From the IMG/VR virus record IMGVR_UViG_3300035698_024280: a stretch of DNA of 64,000 bases. One strand, given 5' to 3'. How positions within the stretch are numbered: the stretch's first letter is position 1; each line of letters begins with the position of its first letter. Both the position numbers and the translations under genes were made by a program. The DNA is from a virus. Shown in pieces: positions 7,511 through 17,984 of the stretch. The notes below the pieces were generated by a model. That model worked only from the letters and a program-made list of their open reading frames with translations, had not been told where the DNA came from and did not search any database.

Positions 7511-8254
7511 ATGAGCACGAGTACCCTTCTAGATAAACTTAATGAGATAAATGAGTCGACCACACATAGTATATCTGTACCTACTGCTAAAAAAGAGTTT
7601 GAATTTAGAGGTCTTAATGTAAACCAACAAAAAGAGATAATAAAGACTGCTGCAGATGGCCCGTCAAGTGGTATTACTCTTACAAATGTACTTAATGAAA
7701 TAATAGTAAGCAATGCAAGCGCAGACTATAATTTTTCTATTATTGATAGATACCCTATTATACTAGCGTTGAGGTCTTTGTTCGTTGACGATGTAATCAA
7801 AGTAGCTGGTAATAAATTGAGTATAGCTAAGCACTTAGCTACAGTTACTACTAACTACAACAGCTTATTAGATGGCCTCGTTTTAAAAGATTCAATTGTA
7901 GTTGATGGTATAACTGTACATATTGAGGTACCATCTCTCAATAGAGATATAAAGGTAAATAAAGCTATAGAGAGAGTTAATGAGGTGAATACATCCATAG
8001 GGGACACCATAGGTAATTTGTATATTTATGAAATTGATAAATTTATACAAAGTATAGAGTTTGGAGATGATACATATAATTTTGCTGATGGTATGAGTGC
8101 GTCTGCTAAAAGATCCATAATTGAGGCTATGCCTAGTAGTATAAACAAAGATATTATAGATTTTATCACAAAAACCCGGAAAATCGAGAATTATTACTTA
8201 GATACTGAATTTGGTTCTATAGAAATTGATGCGGCTTTCTTTACTAGTGAATAA
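7511..8254 (+). CDS. Baseplate hub subunit, gp26-like
   Basis: SVPTAKKEFEFRGLNV.QQKEII, FSIIDRYPIILALR, final IEIDAAFF. Confidence 0.65.
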   Translation: MSTSTLLDKLNEINESTTHSISVPTAKKEFEFRGLNVNQQKEIIKTAADGPSSGITLTNVLNEIIVSNASADYNFSIIDRYPIILALRSLFVDDVIKVAGNKLSIAKHLATVTTNYNSLLDGLVLKDSIVVDGITVHIEVPSLNRDIKVNKAIERVNEVNTSIGDTIGNLYIYEIDKFIQSIEFGDDTYNFADGMSASAKRSIIEAMPSSINKDIIDFITKTRKIENYYLDTEFGSIEIDAAFFTSE

Positions 8255-8262
8255 ATAATTAT

Positions 8263-10464
8263 GTGGACCAAGATGTTACAAAATTAATTGCTGCTTTAGC
8301 TGAAGCAGTTAAAAAGCTAAAGGATGTTGCGGGTCTCCCTGCAGCTAATCAATCATCTGCAAATTATGATGATGTACGTTCACCTGATTTTGACAATAAG
8401 AACGAACGGTCTATAAAGAAGAAAGGGCCCTCTCTCTCGACCAATGAGGCCTCCCGTTGGGGGACTATATCCAAAATATTTGCAAGGACTATGTTCAATT
8501 TCTCAAAAGAGAAAAATCCAGATTTTGGTGCGAAGAAGACACGTAACATACCGTCAGTAATTAATGTAGATATTCCTAAGTCTGATGATGCATGTTCTAA
8601 GTCTTTACTAAAAGGCTTAGGGGGTATTTTATTAGTCTTGGGGGGTTTAGGTCTTGCAATTGCAGCATTTTTTACTGGTCCTGGAGCTGCAGGAAAATTG
8701 ATGCAAATGTTCAGTGGTGGCTTAGTAAAGCTCGGGGGTATATTCTTAGAGAGTATTAAAAAGAGACTCGGTAGATTAGTCACCAGTGCAATTAATATAT
8801 TAAAAACAGCGACATTTGGAATTATAGATAAGGTGACAAAAGCATTCCCTAAAGCTGGTAAATTCTTAAAAATATTTTCAACATTGGGTAGTAAATTAGG
8901 CGGCCATATTTCTAAAGTTATCAGATTTTTACCGGGTGTAGGGGCGTTGGTTGCTTTTTGGTTTGCCTATAAAAATATAAAAGCGGGTGATATTATAGGT
9001 GGTGTTGGGGAGATTGCTTCTGGATTACTAAGCTTAGGTACACTAATCCCAGGGGTGGGGGCTATTACAGGCCCTTTAGGCATTGCTTTAGATATTGCTC
9101 TATTAGGGCGATATGCTGTAATGAGCCCAAGTGCTCGAGTTAAGCAGTCAGAAAAATTTGGTTCAATGTTCAGTAAGCTAGCTGGATGGGTTGGAGATAA
9201 GATATCAAAATATGGTAAATATATACCTGTAATATCCTCTCTGATGTGGTGGTTCGAATCTTGGAAGGCCTTTAATAGAGGTGATATAAAATCTGGATTT
9301 GAAAATATAATAAAGGGTATCTTTCCATACGCGCCGCTTTTAGCGGAAGGGGTAAGTAAGGGTTATAGTATAATTTCGTCTCTTAGTATGTCTAAAATTA
9401 CTGATTCAGTAAATTTTTCAAATATAAAAGACTTTGGAATGAGTGCAAAAAATTGGATCAGTAATAAACTTAAAAATCTGCCATATTTCCTAGCTAAACC
9501 ACTTGAGTGGCTAGGTCTCATAGAAAAAACCGATAACGGTAAGAGTCTTGAGTTAACTCAAGGTACAAATGAGTTTATATCAAAAATAAAGGCCTTTTTC
9601 TCCCCTCTAAGTTCTGCAGGAGAAAAAATTAAAAACTATACAAATAATATTATAGATAAAATTAAGTTACCTGGGAGAGCTATATTTGATACAGTTAGTC
9701 AAAATATAAGGATATTTATAGATAATATAAAAACTGCATCTGCTGATGTATTTAGTAATGCTAAATCTAAATTAAAGGGGCTTGATGCTATAGTAAAAGC
9801 CAAAGTTACCAATGTAATCGCTTCAGGTAGTGATTTATTGAGTGATGCAGCTGCCCGTATAAAGAATTCAAGTACGTTCATTGCTAACCAATTAAAGTTA
9901 GGGAAGGATATCTTAGTAAATAGTTCAACTACAGTTGCTAACTGGCAAAAGAATATGACGTCGAGTATTACTAATTTTATAGCTAGTAAAGCTATGTCTC
10001 TAATAACTAGCATACCTAAGATGTTGAAAGCTTCAATAGGCCACGCAAAAGATATTATAGCTAAAATAATAGCAGTACCTAGAGAGACAGGCGCTGCTAT
10101 CGCAGGTCATATTGCTGAAGCGGGTGCAGATTTTGGGAGTAAAATACAAACAAATGTAGATAAAGTTAAATTCAATATTGAAGGCGACTTTAAAGTTATC
10201 GCTGATCTTAATAGGGCATCAGTCAAAGAGTTGTCTAAACTTAGAAAGGATATTATTACTGCATCGAATAATCAGGTACAGATATTAAAAGATATTAGAT
10301 CCGGTCTTTCAAATATTGCTTCCGTTAATAACTCTGCAGGTAGTACAGCGCCAATGATGTTCGGTGGGGGTGGGAATAGTAGTGGGACAGGTGGTGGTGG
10401 TGGATATCCAGCAGATACAAACGACATGTTCTTCAACGATAGAGTATCTAAGGGGATTTCATAA
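8263..10464 (+). CDS. Tape-measure / gp29-like baseplate hub protein
   Basis: 733 aa, helical, Gly/Ala/Lys-rich with hydrophobic segments; GTG start 5 nt after TAAATA; position between the gp26- and gp48-like genes. Confidence 0.65.
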   Translation: MDQDVTKLIAALAEAVKKLKDVAGLPAANQSSANYDDVRSPDFDNKNERSIKKKGPSLSTNEASRWGTISKIFARTMFNFSKEKNPDFGAKKTRNIPSVINVDIPKSDDACSKSLLKGLGGILLVLGGLGLAIAAFFTGPGAAGKLMQMFSGGLVKLGGIFLESIKKRLGRLVTSAINILKTATFGIIDKVTKAFPKAGKFLKIFSTLGSKLGGHISKVIRFLPGVGALVAFWFAYKNIKAGDIIGGVGEIASGLLSLGTLIPGVGAITGPLGIALDIALLGRYAVMSPSARVKQSEKFGSMFSKLAGWVGDKISKYGKYIPVISSLMWWFESWKAFNRGDIKSGFENIIKGIFPYAPLLAEGVSKGYSIISSLSMSKITDSVNFSNIKDFGMSAKNWISNKLKNLPYFLAKPLEWLGLIEKTDNGKSLELTQGTNEFISKIKAFFSPLSSAGEKIKNYTNNIIDKIKLPGRAIFDTVSQNIRIFIDNIKTASADVFSNAKSKLKGLDAIVKAKVTNVIASGSDLLSDAAARIKNSSTFIANQLKLGKDILVNSSTTVANWQKNMTSSITNFIASKAMSLITSIPKMLKASIGHAKDIIAKIIAVPRETGAAIAGHIAEAGADFGSKIQTNVDKVKFNIEGDFKVIADLNRASVKELSKLRKDIITASNNQVQILKDIRSGLSNIASVNNSAGSTAPMMFGGGGNSSGTGGGGGYPADTNDMFFNDRVSKGIS

Positions 10465-11339
10465 TGAGCCTATATACAATAGAATCTTCTGGAGGTAAAA
10501 TGTCAGCAAGGCCGTCAGGTAGCGGTCTTGTTAACATTATAGGTAAATATTCTACCGTTAAATCTATAGACATTCCAGAAATTAGATTAAAGGAATCAGA
10601 AATACTGCAAAGCTCTATTGTTACTCAAGCTAAATATTCAACAGCTGTTGCATCAGGTAGCTTTAATAAGATTTTAGAACTCTGTCCAGCTGGAGTAAAG
10701 GGTAAACTGAAAGATATAATGTCAGCAGCAGATATTCCAGACTCTGACGATCCTTTTGATGGGCTATATGATAGTGAGCCTACAGGGTTTATATACACAT
10801 TACCGTATTATAATGAAGGACCTGTATTTACAAAATCAGCTGATTTTGCGGAAACATATAAAGGTGACGGGCTAATGGATGCAGCGAGTGATCTATATAA
10901 TGCATTTAAGAAGATTTCTATTGGGACAAACCAGCTCGTTAAAACCTTAACTGAGCCGGGGGTATTTCTTTTAAAGCCGAGATTTTATGATCCTGGCAGT
11001 AGTACCCAATCAGTCAGCTTTTCATTTCCGCTACTCAATACGCTAAATGAAGAAGACATTCAAAGTAATTACGATCTTGTATGGCTACTTTTATTTCAAA
11101 ATTGTGTTAAGCGATTGGACCGTAGCGCCTTTGTACCTCCGTGTATATATGAAGTAACAGTCCCTGGATATACCTATATGAAGTTTGGATATGTAGAGTC
11201 TATTTCAGTTGATTTTCTAGGCACAAGAAGAACTATGGATATAGGCGGTGTTAATACTATTATTCCAGAAGCTTATAATATATCCATTACATTAAGACAG
11301 CTTACAACGGACGTTGCTGAGTTTTTCGATAAGGTATAG
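10464..11339 (+). CDS. Baseplate tail-tube cap, gp48-like (paralog 1)
   Basis: EPGVF...PRFY, FSFPLLNT, PPCIYEV.VPG, GTRR...IIPEAY.I.I; shares these blocks with the next gene. Confidence 0.6.
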   Translation: MSLYTIESSGGKMSARPSGSGLVNIIGKYSTVKSIDIPEIRLKESEILQSSIVTQAKYSTAVASGSFNKILELCPAGVKGKLKDIMSAADIPDSDDPFDGLYDSEPTGFIYTLPYYNEGPVFTKSADFAETYKGDGLMDAASDLYNAFKKISIGTNQLVKTLTEPGVFLLKPRFYDPGSSTQSVSFSFPLLNTLNEEDIQSNYDLVWLLLFQNCVKRLDRSAFVPPCIYEVTVPGYTYMKFGYVESISVDFLGTRRTMDIGGVNTIIPEAYNISITLRQLTTDVAEFFDKV

Positions 11340-11369
11340 GAATAATTAATATTTGAATAAATATTATTA

Positions 11370-12305
11370 ATGGCAAATGTTACTACTACAAATCCTGGAG
11401 CTCCGAGCAGCTCAGCTGGTAGATCATCATCTTCAAATCAAAATACAACCCCTAGTGGAAATACTGGAGGTAATGGGGGGAGCAGCTTCGATATAGTTAA
11501 TGGGTATGATTGGTCCTTAAATAAGCCGAAAGATCCACCATATATAGAGTTGAAGGAGTATAAAGTATCTACTAGTCAAGTTACACAAGGCTTTGCTCAC
11601 TTTATTACATCTACATTAGAAAATCTAGGCGGTACAGTCTGCGATTTTGTGGATGAGTGTATTGCAGGTGAACTAGCAACTGGTGGTAATAGTGAGAGCT
11701 CTCCACATTTAGAGCCTTACGGGGGGATGTATAATCTATTAGAATCTGGCAATACCTTTAAGTTACCTTATTTTGAGAACTCAGTAAGATCGAGGACTAA
11801 TAGCTGGGCAACTACATTCGGCGGCGATAGTAACAATTTAATCGCGGACTTTGCTGCGGCGGGGGCTAAGTTTGTTAATCAGCATATGGCTGGAAGCAAT
11901 TACGGATTTAGTGGGTTGCTGGAACCTGGGGTATTCGTCGAGAGGACCAGATTTTACCAGCCATCCGCTCTATCTGAAGAGCCTATATCTTTAACATTTC
12001 CTCTTCTCAATACTCAGGAATCAGGGAGTATACAAAAAAATAAAGAATTTATAAATACACTTGCCAGAAATACTTCACCTAGTCGTAAATCAAAAACGCA
12101 ACTAGACCCTCCCCATTTTTATGAAGCTCTAATACCGGGTATTAGATTTATAAAATATGGGTTTATATCTTCCTTTAAAGTTGAGATGGCAGGCACACGA
12201 AGAATGATTGGAGGTGATATCATACCAGAGGCTTATCAAATAACTATCGAAGTGAAATCACTAACAGAAGAATCTGGAAACTTTTTAATAGAGGCACAAA
12301 AATGA
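11370..12305 (+). CDS. Baseplate tail-tube cap/initiator, gp48/gp54-like (paralog 2)
   Basis: EPGVF...RFY, LTFPLLNT, PPHFYEA.IPG, GTRR...IIPEAYQI. Confidence 0.6.
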   Translation: MANVTTTNPGAPSSSAGRSSSSNQNTTPSGNTGGNGGSSFDIVNGYDWSLNKPKDPPYIELKEYKVSTSQVTQGFAHFITSTLENLGGTVCDFVDECIAGELATGGNSESSPHLEPYGGMYNLLESGNTFKLPYFENSVRSRTNSWATTFGGDSNNLIADFAAAGAKFVNQHMAGSNYGFSGLLEPGVFVERTRFYQPSALSEEPISLTFPLLNTQESGSIQKNKEFINTLARNTSPSRKSKTQLDPPHFYEALIPGIRFIKYGFISSFKVEMAGTRRMIGGDIIPEAYQITIEVKSLTEESGNFLIEAQK

Positions 12306-12679
12306 TAATACAACTGAAGCAAAATGACATAGAGGAATTGCCTAATCTCGATATACGAAGATATGAAAATATATTTAATGTGTATACTCAAGGAAATGGG
12401 AAGGGCACATCATATTACTATTTTAATATACTGAGAAAAATATCAATAGATAGTAATAATATTGATCCTGAAGTTTTTAATTATGTGGAGATAGCTAAGC
12501 CGATTCCCTGGACGACAATCAGTCATGATGCCTATGGCACTCAGCACTTATGGTGGCTTATACTAGCTATTAATAATATAATAAACCCAGTAGTATTGCC
12601 TAAGACTGGAGATACATATAAGGTAATTAAAAAGGAGTATTTAACTTCAATACTAAACCAATTAAAAAATTCATTATAA
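12302..12679 (+). CDS. gp53: Baseplate wedge protein gp53 (LysM-like)
   Basis: WTTISHDAYGTQHLWWLILAINNIINP. Confidence 0.85.
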   Translation: MIIQLKQNDIEELPNLDIRRYENIFNVYTQGNGKGTSYYYFNILRKISIDSNNIDPEVFNYVEIAKPIPWTTISHDAYGTQHLWWLILAINNIINPVVLPKTGDTYKVIKKEYLTSILNQLKNSL

Positions 12680-14038
12680 ATGGCAAAGATAGCACAAATA
12701 GATGATCGATCGTTTACATTCGATATATCTCTAGGGTCGGGGGTATCTCTTACTAAATCATCCATCAGATACTTAGAGATAGACTCTCGTCTTCCCTCTA
12801 CTGGTTTTGTAGAAGGATTTATGGTTGTAGATAATACTGCAGGTGCTCTAGACAACTTAATAAAATTTGGTGGTGATCCGTTTACTGATTTGATGTATAT
12901 ATATATACAAGCAAATGATGGTGATGAGGGCGAGATTTCTACACCACCTGTAGAACACGCGTTAAGTATTTATAAGGTAGATAATTTACCAATAGGGGAA
13001 TACCCTAGAAGTATGAAGCGGATATACTTTAGAGAAATTGGAGGTCAGGCATTAAGAGAAATAAAATCTACTGTATCTATTGAGGATTTTAAAGAGATAA
13101 CAGATAGTGAAAATGATATCACTAATATGTCTAATAACGAGAGAGGAGTTAGAACAGATGTATATCTCAGGAAGGTATTTGAAAAGGCAGGCATCCCCGT
13201 AAGTAAAGATAATTGGGCAAAGGGGAAACATTATACACCACCTCTCTCGCCTTTCGGTAATGAATATTGTTATGATGTTATTAAAAAAATACACTCACGA
13301 CATATATCAGAAGAAGCCCCTCATGACTTTATTTACACATATTGGGATAATAAGGATAATGAAATGAAGTCGTACCCCATGCATCAGGTTTTCGAGAAAT
13401 TCTCACAGGATGCAGAGTGGGTACTAGAGTCATTTATATTAGGTGATATGGGAGTTAGAGGCGACGGTGGTTCAGGCGGTATAAAGGTTGCAAAGAATGC
13501 TAGTAGCGATTTAAGCGTTATTAAGTCGTTTAATCATGAATACCCTAACGGTGGGGAGCTTGGCAGAAAGATGTCGTTATATATCCCAGTTACAGAAGGC
13601 GCAACTGGGTCAAGATTTAATAATGGAGCTAAATTTTTAGATAAAACACTTTCAGATTATAAAAAATATTTTGTTGATCCGCTTGGTGATAATTCGGCGA
13701 TAGAGTTTAATGATCAATTTAAGAATAATATTTTAGAATCAAGTAATACGTTTAAATCTACATTTCTTCGACCCGATTATGCGGAACAAGTAGATACTAA
13801 CGCTGTATTTTTTAACAATTTAATTAACAATTCTCATAAGATTAATATAACTACAAGAGGCATGCCGTATAGACGGTCAGGGCTATTTGCAGATATAGCT
13901 TCAATAGAGGGAGGTGATGCTACAGAAAGGCATAGAAATATATGTGGGCGGTATTGGATTACAAGCTGCAAGCATATATTCAGTGATGAAAAGTATTGGA
14001 ATGAAATATCTGGAGTAAAAACATACGCAAGTAAATGA
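12680..14038 (+). CDS. Baseplate hub protein, gp27-like
   Basis: 452 aa following gp53; C-terminal INITTRG...R.SG.F..I...CGRYWITSCKHIF is typical of hub/late-control-D proteins. Confidence 0.6.
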   Translation: MAKIAQIDDRSFTFDISLGSGVSLTKSSIRYLEIDSRLPSTGFVEGFMVVDNTAGALDNLIKFGGDPFTDLMYIYIQANDGDEGEISTPPVEHALSIYKVDNLPIGEYPRSMKRIYFREIGGQALREIKSTVSIEDFKEITDSENDITNMSNNERGVRTDVYLRKVFEKAGIPVSKDNWAKGKHYTPPLSPFGNEYCYDVIKKIHSRHISEEAPHDFIYTYWDNKDNEMKSYPMHQVFEKFSQDAEWVLESFILGDMGVRGDGGSGGIKVAKNASSDLSVIKSFNHEYPNGGELGRKMSLYIPVTEGATGSRFNNGAKFLDKTLSDYKKYFVDPLGDNSAIEFNDQFKNNILESSNTFKSTFLRPDYAEQVDTNAVFFNNLINNSHKINITTRGMPYRRSGLFADIASIEGGDATERHRNICGRYWITSCKHIFSDEKYWNEISGVKTYASK

Positions 14039-15357
14039 TAATATCTAAAACAGCTCTCCCATTCATATTTACTCATTTACCATATTCGTATTATGTAGAT
14101 AGTTTTGGCTTATGTCAGGAAATAAGTGCATTTAAAACCATAATCGATTTAAATAATCAATTTTATTCAATTATGTCATCAACCTCGCCAGATGAGGCAG
14201 CTACTGAATTTGCAATTAATCTATTAGAAATATCGTCAGATTTACCACCAGATGTACTAATTGAATATTCTGAAGAGTATAATAGACTACCATATAATAT
14301 AAAAAGTGGCGGTCTTAGAATAGGTGAGGCGCCTATAATAGATGTAATTGCAACAGCTGCTAATAATACAGGTAACGCTGGTGGGGGCTCCGGGTCAGTA
14401 GAAGAAACTGAGGAAGAATCTACGAGTGATAGCAGCGGTGGTGGTGGCGGTGGTGGTGGCGGTGGTGGCGGGGGTAGGTGTAACCCGCTAAAACCACCAA
14501 CAGATCGGCTTGCTTATCTATCTAGAGATAAAGAATACAAGCAATATAGAGCGCATAGAGTTGCAGAATACTCAGAGGGGTATAGGGACTGGTTAGGTGG
14601 GGATATACCGTCGCCAGACGCTATAGAGATTTTTAAAAATGAAGCAGAGGGCACATACCTTAAGAGCTTAGTCGGCGGTGAGTCAATCGCAGAAGCGTGG
14701 TTTAAGAAATCACCGGTAGGTCTATTAGAGGTTCCGGAAAAGCGATGGAACTCATCTACCGCTGGACAGAAACGGAAAATGCAAGGGTTATGTTTTCAAG
14801 TAAATGCGGCTGATGCTCTGTCAGATCCAGAAGCAATAGATACTGCGAGAGTAGAATCGGAAGTTGAAGAGGAAGATACATTTGCTGAAACTTTAGCAAA
14901 TGTAGCACATAATATAGTTGGTTCTTTAGAGAGATCTATTAGCCCCTTTAATGCAGCGGTAGAGGCTAGAGAAGAGATTAGGAAAAACACTGAAAAGGAT
15001 GTAGGTAGTAAATGCTTTGAGATTAGTGATTTTATTCTCAAATATAGCCCACACGACCCTGATCACAGAATTAATGACAAACCAGCAGAGTTAATGATTG
15101 ATGAAAACCCTGATACACATGGGGAGGACACTGCTACTAGTGTACATAGGGGAGGTAAGGCTGTTACTACATTTATATATAAGCCAACTGAAGATTATTT
15201 TGTTGTAATGTCTGAAAGGTCAGCTGATGATGAGTTCAGTCGAGTAGATAGAGATGATACTATTAAAGATGGCGCAGATTCAAGCGAAGTTGGTACTAAA
15301 ACTAATATCAATAATGATCAAGGTGGGGAAGATGCAAATCCAACTCTAATCACTTAG
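14035..15357 (+). CDS. Hypothetical tail-associated protein with poly-Gly linker
   Basis: 440 aa; ATGA overlap with the hub gene; Gly13 tract; acidic. Confidence 0.5.
   Translation: MIISKTALPFIFTHLPYSYYVDSFGLCQEISAFKTIIDLNNQFYSIMSSTSPDEAATEFAINLLEISSDLPPDVLIEYSEEYNRLPYNIKSGGLRIGEAPIIDVIATAANNTGNAGGGSGSVEETEEESTSDSSGGGGGGGGGGGGGRCNPLKPPTDRLAYLSRDKEYKQYRAHRVAEYSEGYRDWLGGDIPSPDAIEIFKNEAEGTYLKSLVGGESIAEAWFKKSPVGLLEVPEKRWNSSTAGQKRKMQGLCFQVNAADALSDPEAIDTARVESEVEEEDTFAETLANVAHNIVGSLERSISPFNAAVEAREEIRKNTEKDVGSKCFEISDFILKYSPHDPDHRINDKPAELMIDENPDTHGEDTATSVHRGGKAVTTFIYKPTEDYFVVMSERSADDEFSRVDRDDTIKDGADSSEVGTKTNINNDQGGEDANPTLIT
14437..14475 (+). repeat. (GGT/GGC)n tract encoding Gly13
   Basis: ggtggtggtggcggtggtggtggcggtggtggcgggggt. 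Confidence 0.9.
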
Positions 15358-15816
15358 TTCCTCTACTTCAGCTTCTACCACATCTTCAGTAATAAGATCT
15401 CGTGATTTAGATATAAGTTGACGTAAAACCTCCTCACGGCTAAGTAACAGCTTCGCAGTTATTTCTTTATCCATATTTTTTGATGAGCTGTCTATCTTCA
15501 TTTGTGCTATTTCGCGGGAATTTATATTTTTCTCTCGAGAAATCATAATCTTTTGCAATATATCAATTGATGAGGCTGATGCCCTTATAAGCGATGCTAG
15601 AGATTCACTACTATCTGCATCGGGAGCTGATGCTGTAAAGTCAATCATATTCTGAACGGATTCAACGCCACCCTGAACCAATTTACCTATATTTGCTAGT
15701 AAAAAATCTTCAATATTTTCCCTAGCTAAATCTATATCTGTACCCTCGGCTCTATCCCTAGGGGGATCACTTTGCAGCTGGGCTAGTAAATCTTTTACTG
15801 TATTATCATCATTCAC
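15346..15816 (-). CDS. Terminase small subunit, gp16-like (putative)
   Basis: Helical, with an NI...L..L...G.ESV..M...A...ESLASLI...L.KI...C-terminal SREEVLRQL pattern; GTG start 5 nt after TAAATA. Confidence 0.5.
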   Translation of the reverse strand: MNDDNTVKDLLAQLQSDPPRDRAEGTDIDLARENIEDFLLANIGKLVQGGVESVQNMIDFTASAPDADSSESLASLIRASASSIDILQKIMISREKNINSREIAQMKIDSSSKNMDKEITAKLLLSREEVLRQLISKSRDLITEDVVEAEVEELSD

Positions 15817-15874
15817 AAAATTATTTAATGTAACTGGTGGCCTTTTTCAACTCTGATACTATTATTAAATTACG

Positions 15875-16414
15875 ATGATTAATATATTTTTTACGAAAAC
15901 ACACGATAGGGCGGAAATACCTATTAGGAGTCATATAGGTATTGATAAAGAGGGTAATTCGGGTACCGGCGACTCTGGATATGATCTGGTATCTGTTGTT
16001 AATACTACTATACCAGCAGGATCACAGGGAGCATCAACTATTGAGGAAGTTCCACTTAGTAAGTATACAGACATTAATAAGCATTATAAGGTAGGCTCGG
16101 CGATTGTTGATGTAGGATTAACAGTTGCATATATACAACCAGGGTACTGGTTCAGAATTGAAGGTCGCTCAGGTTTAGGGTTTAAACATGGCATATCTCC
16201 ACATTTTGGTATAATCGATAATGGATATAGGGGAGATCTCGCAGTAAAGTTATACAATTTTACTGATGTAGATTATAATGTTAGTATCGGGGATAGAATT
16301 GCTCAAATAGTAGTATACCCACTGATTGATGCTAATATGTCCTTTAGTGCCTTTAGTATTAGCGATAGTGTCTCCGATCGTGGTGACGGTGGGTTTGGAT
16401 CAACAGGTAAATAA
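15875..16414 (+). CDS. dut: Trimeric dUTPase
   Basis: All five motifs: GDSGYDL, EGRSGL, GIIDNGYRG, GDRIAQ, RGDGGFGSTG. Confidence 0.95.
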   Translation: MINIFFTKTHDRAEIPIRSHIGIDKEGNSGTGDSGYDLVSVVNTTIPAGSQGASTIEEVPLSKYTDINKHYKVGSAIVDVGLTVAYIQPGYWFRIEGRSGLGFKHGISPHFGIIDNGYRGDLAVKLYNFTDVDYNVSIGDRIAQIVVYPLIDANMSFSAFSISDSVSDRGDGGFGSTGK

Positions 16415-16419
16415 AAAAT

Positions 16420-17361
16420 ATGGAAAATAGTGGTGGTATAAAAAATATTTGGGCTGAAAAATATCGGCCTAAAATATTAGAAGAAATTATTCTTAGCGAT
16501 TCGTCGCGAGAAGTCCTAGATAAAATAGCGATTGATGGTAATATGAGCCATCTACTACTCCAGGGGCCTCCGGGGATAGGTAAAACTACTGTAGCTAAAG
16601 TAATTGTTAATGATATTTTGAAATGTCAGCATTTATATATAAATGCAAGTGATGAGAGCGGTATAGATACTGTTAGAAACAAAATTATAGGCTTCGCTCG
16701 TACTAAGAGCATCGATGGTAATATTAAGGTGATTATACTAGATGAAGCAGACGGTATCACTCCTGATTCTCAGAGAGCTTTGCGGAATGTAATGGAGGAA
16801 TACTCAGAGTATACAAAATTCATTTTAACTGCTAATTTTAAGCACCGTATTATTGCTCCGTTGCAGAGTAGAGTACAAGAAATAGATTTATCTCCTCCAG
16901 TTGCAGGTATAGTAACGAGGTGTATGTCTATATTAAAATCTGAAGATATAACGGTAGAAAAGGAAGATCATTTAAAATTTGTAGAATTAGTTAGAGGCAT
17001 CTATCCAGATATAAGAAAAACTATAAATCTACTACAGAAATTTAGTTCATCAGGAAAACTTAATATAAATAAGTCAGAGACTATAGACCATGTGGCTGAG
17101 AAGGTTTATAGTAAATTAGACGACCCTCTTGCCTTAAGAACATATGTTATTCAGCATGGGATAGATTTTCAAAACGACTATCAAACGCTTCTTAAAACAT
17201 TGTTAGATATAATATTTAAAAAGACAGATATAACGGCAGATAAAAAGCAGGACTGCATATTATCTATATCTGAACATTTATATAGAGCTGCTTTTGTTGT
17301 CGATCAAGAAATTAACTTTACAGCTTGCACCATACAACTAAACAGGGCTATTTTTGCATAG
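16420..17361 (+). CDS. gp44: Clamp loader large subunit (RFC-like AAA+), T4 gp44
   Basis: WAEKYRP, GPPGIGKTT, INASDESGID.VR, IILDEAD, Q.ALR..ME, SRVQ, YPDIRK.IN.LQ. Confidence 0.93.
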   Translation: MENSGGIKNIWAEKYRPKILEEIILSDSSREVLDKIAIDGNMSHLLLQGPPGIGKTTVAKVIVNDILKCQHLYINASDESGIDTVRNKIIGFARTKSIDGNIKVIILDEADGITPDSQRALRNVMEEYSEYTKFILTANFKHRIIAPLQSRVQEIDLSPPVAGIVTRCMSILKSEDITVEKEDHLKFVELVRGIYPDIRKTINLLQKFSSSGKLNINKSETIDHVAEKVYSKLDDPLALRTYVIQHGIDFQNDYQTLLKTLLDIIFKKTDITADKKQDCILSISEHLYRAAFVVDQEINFTACTIQLNRAIFA

Positions 17362-17950
17362 CTATATATGCATCTGCCAAGCATTCTACATCCCGCTCTT
17401 TAGACTCTCTAAAGTATACAGCTTGCTTAGGGGGTGTAGGGCTTGGTATTTTTGTATCTTTTACTGGATTGGAAGCCTCTACCGGCTTTAGCTTACCATT
17501 ACCGTCATTTGCAGTACCGGTTTGCTTTTTAAATTCCTCACCTTCATAACCAGGGACAACCTCTGGTTTAATTGTAATTGCATTATCACGACGAAGTGCA
17601 TCTGGAATTGGAGCGAGATTAGGATAAAATTCAATTGGAGTACAACTCTCTGGAGGTACTGGGAATCTACCGATAATTCTACCACCTCCATAATCTACAC
17701 CTAGAAATATAGTAACATCGCCGGTGTTATTAAGTTGACTGCCAGGCTTATCAGATGGTGTGTTATTGACTATATCAATAACTCTAAGATTTAAACCTAA
17801 ATCAACATATTCTTTTAGGCCGGATCTAATTTTCTCTGAAACTTTTGATAGATCTGAGATCTCGACAACGTCTCCAACGAGAAATCCCGCCCGATCTAAG
17901 CGGGTGAGCGCAGCTTCACAAAGTTTTATAAATTTTTGGTCGTTCTTCAT
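17348..17950 (-). CDS. Hypothetical late protein, putative head-associated (N-terminal KFIKLCEA)
   Basis: TAAATA at 17957-62 favours the second ATG (17950); CTS-like N-terminus. Confidence 0.5.
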   Translation of the reverse strand: MKNDQKFIKLCEAALTRLDRAGFLVGDVVEISDLSKVSEKIRSGLKEYVDLGLNLRVIDIVNNTPSDKPGSQLNNTGDVTIFLGVDYGGGRIIGRFPVPPESCTPIEFYPNLAPIPDALRRDNAITIKPEVVPGYEGEEFKKQTGTANDGNGKLKPVEASNPVKDTKIPSPTPPKQAVYFRESKERDVECLADAYIAMQK

Positions 17951-17984
17951 CATTGTTATTTATTCTATCTCCTTAAATATTTTC

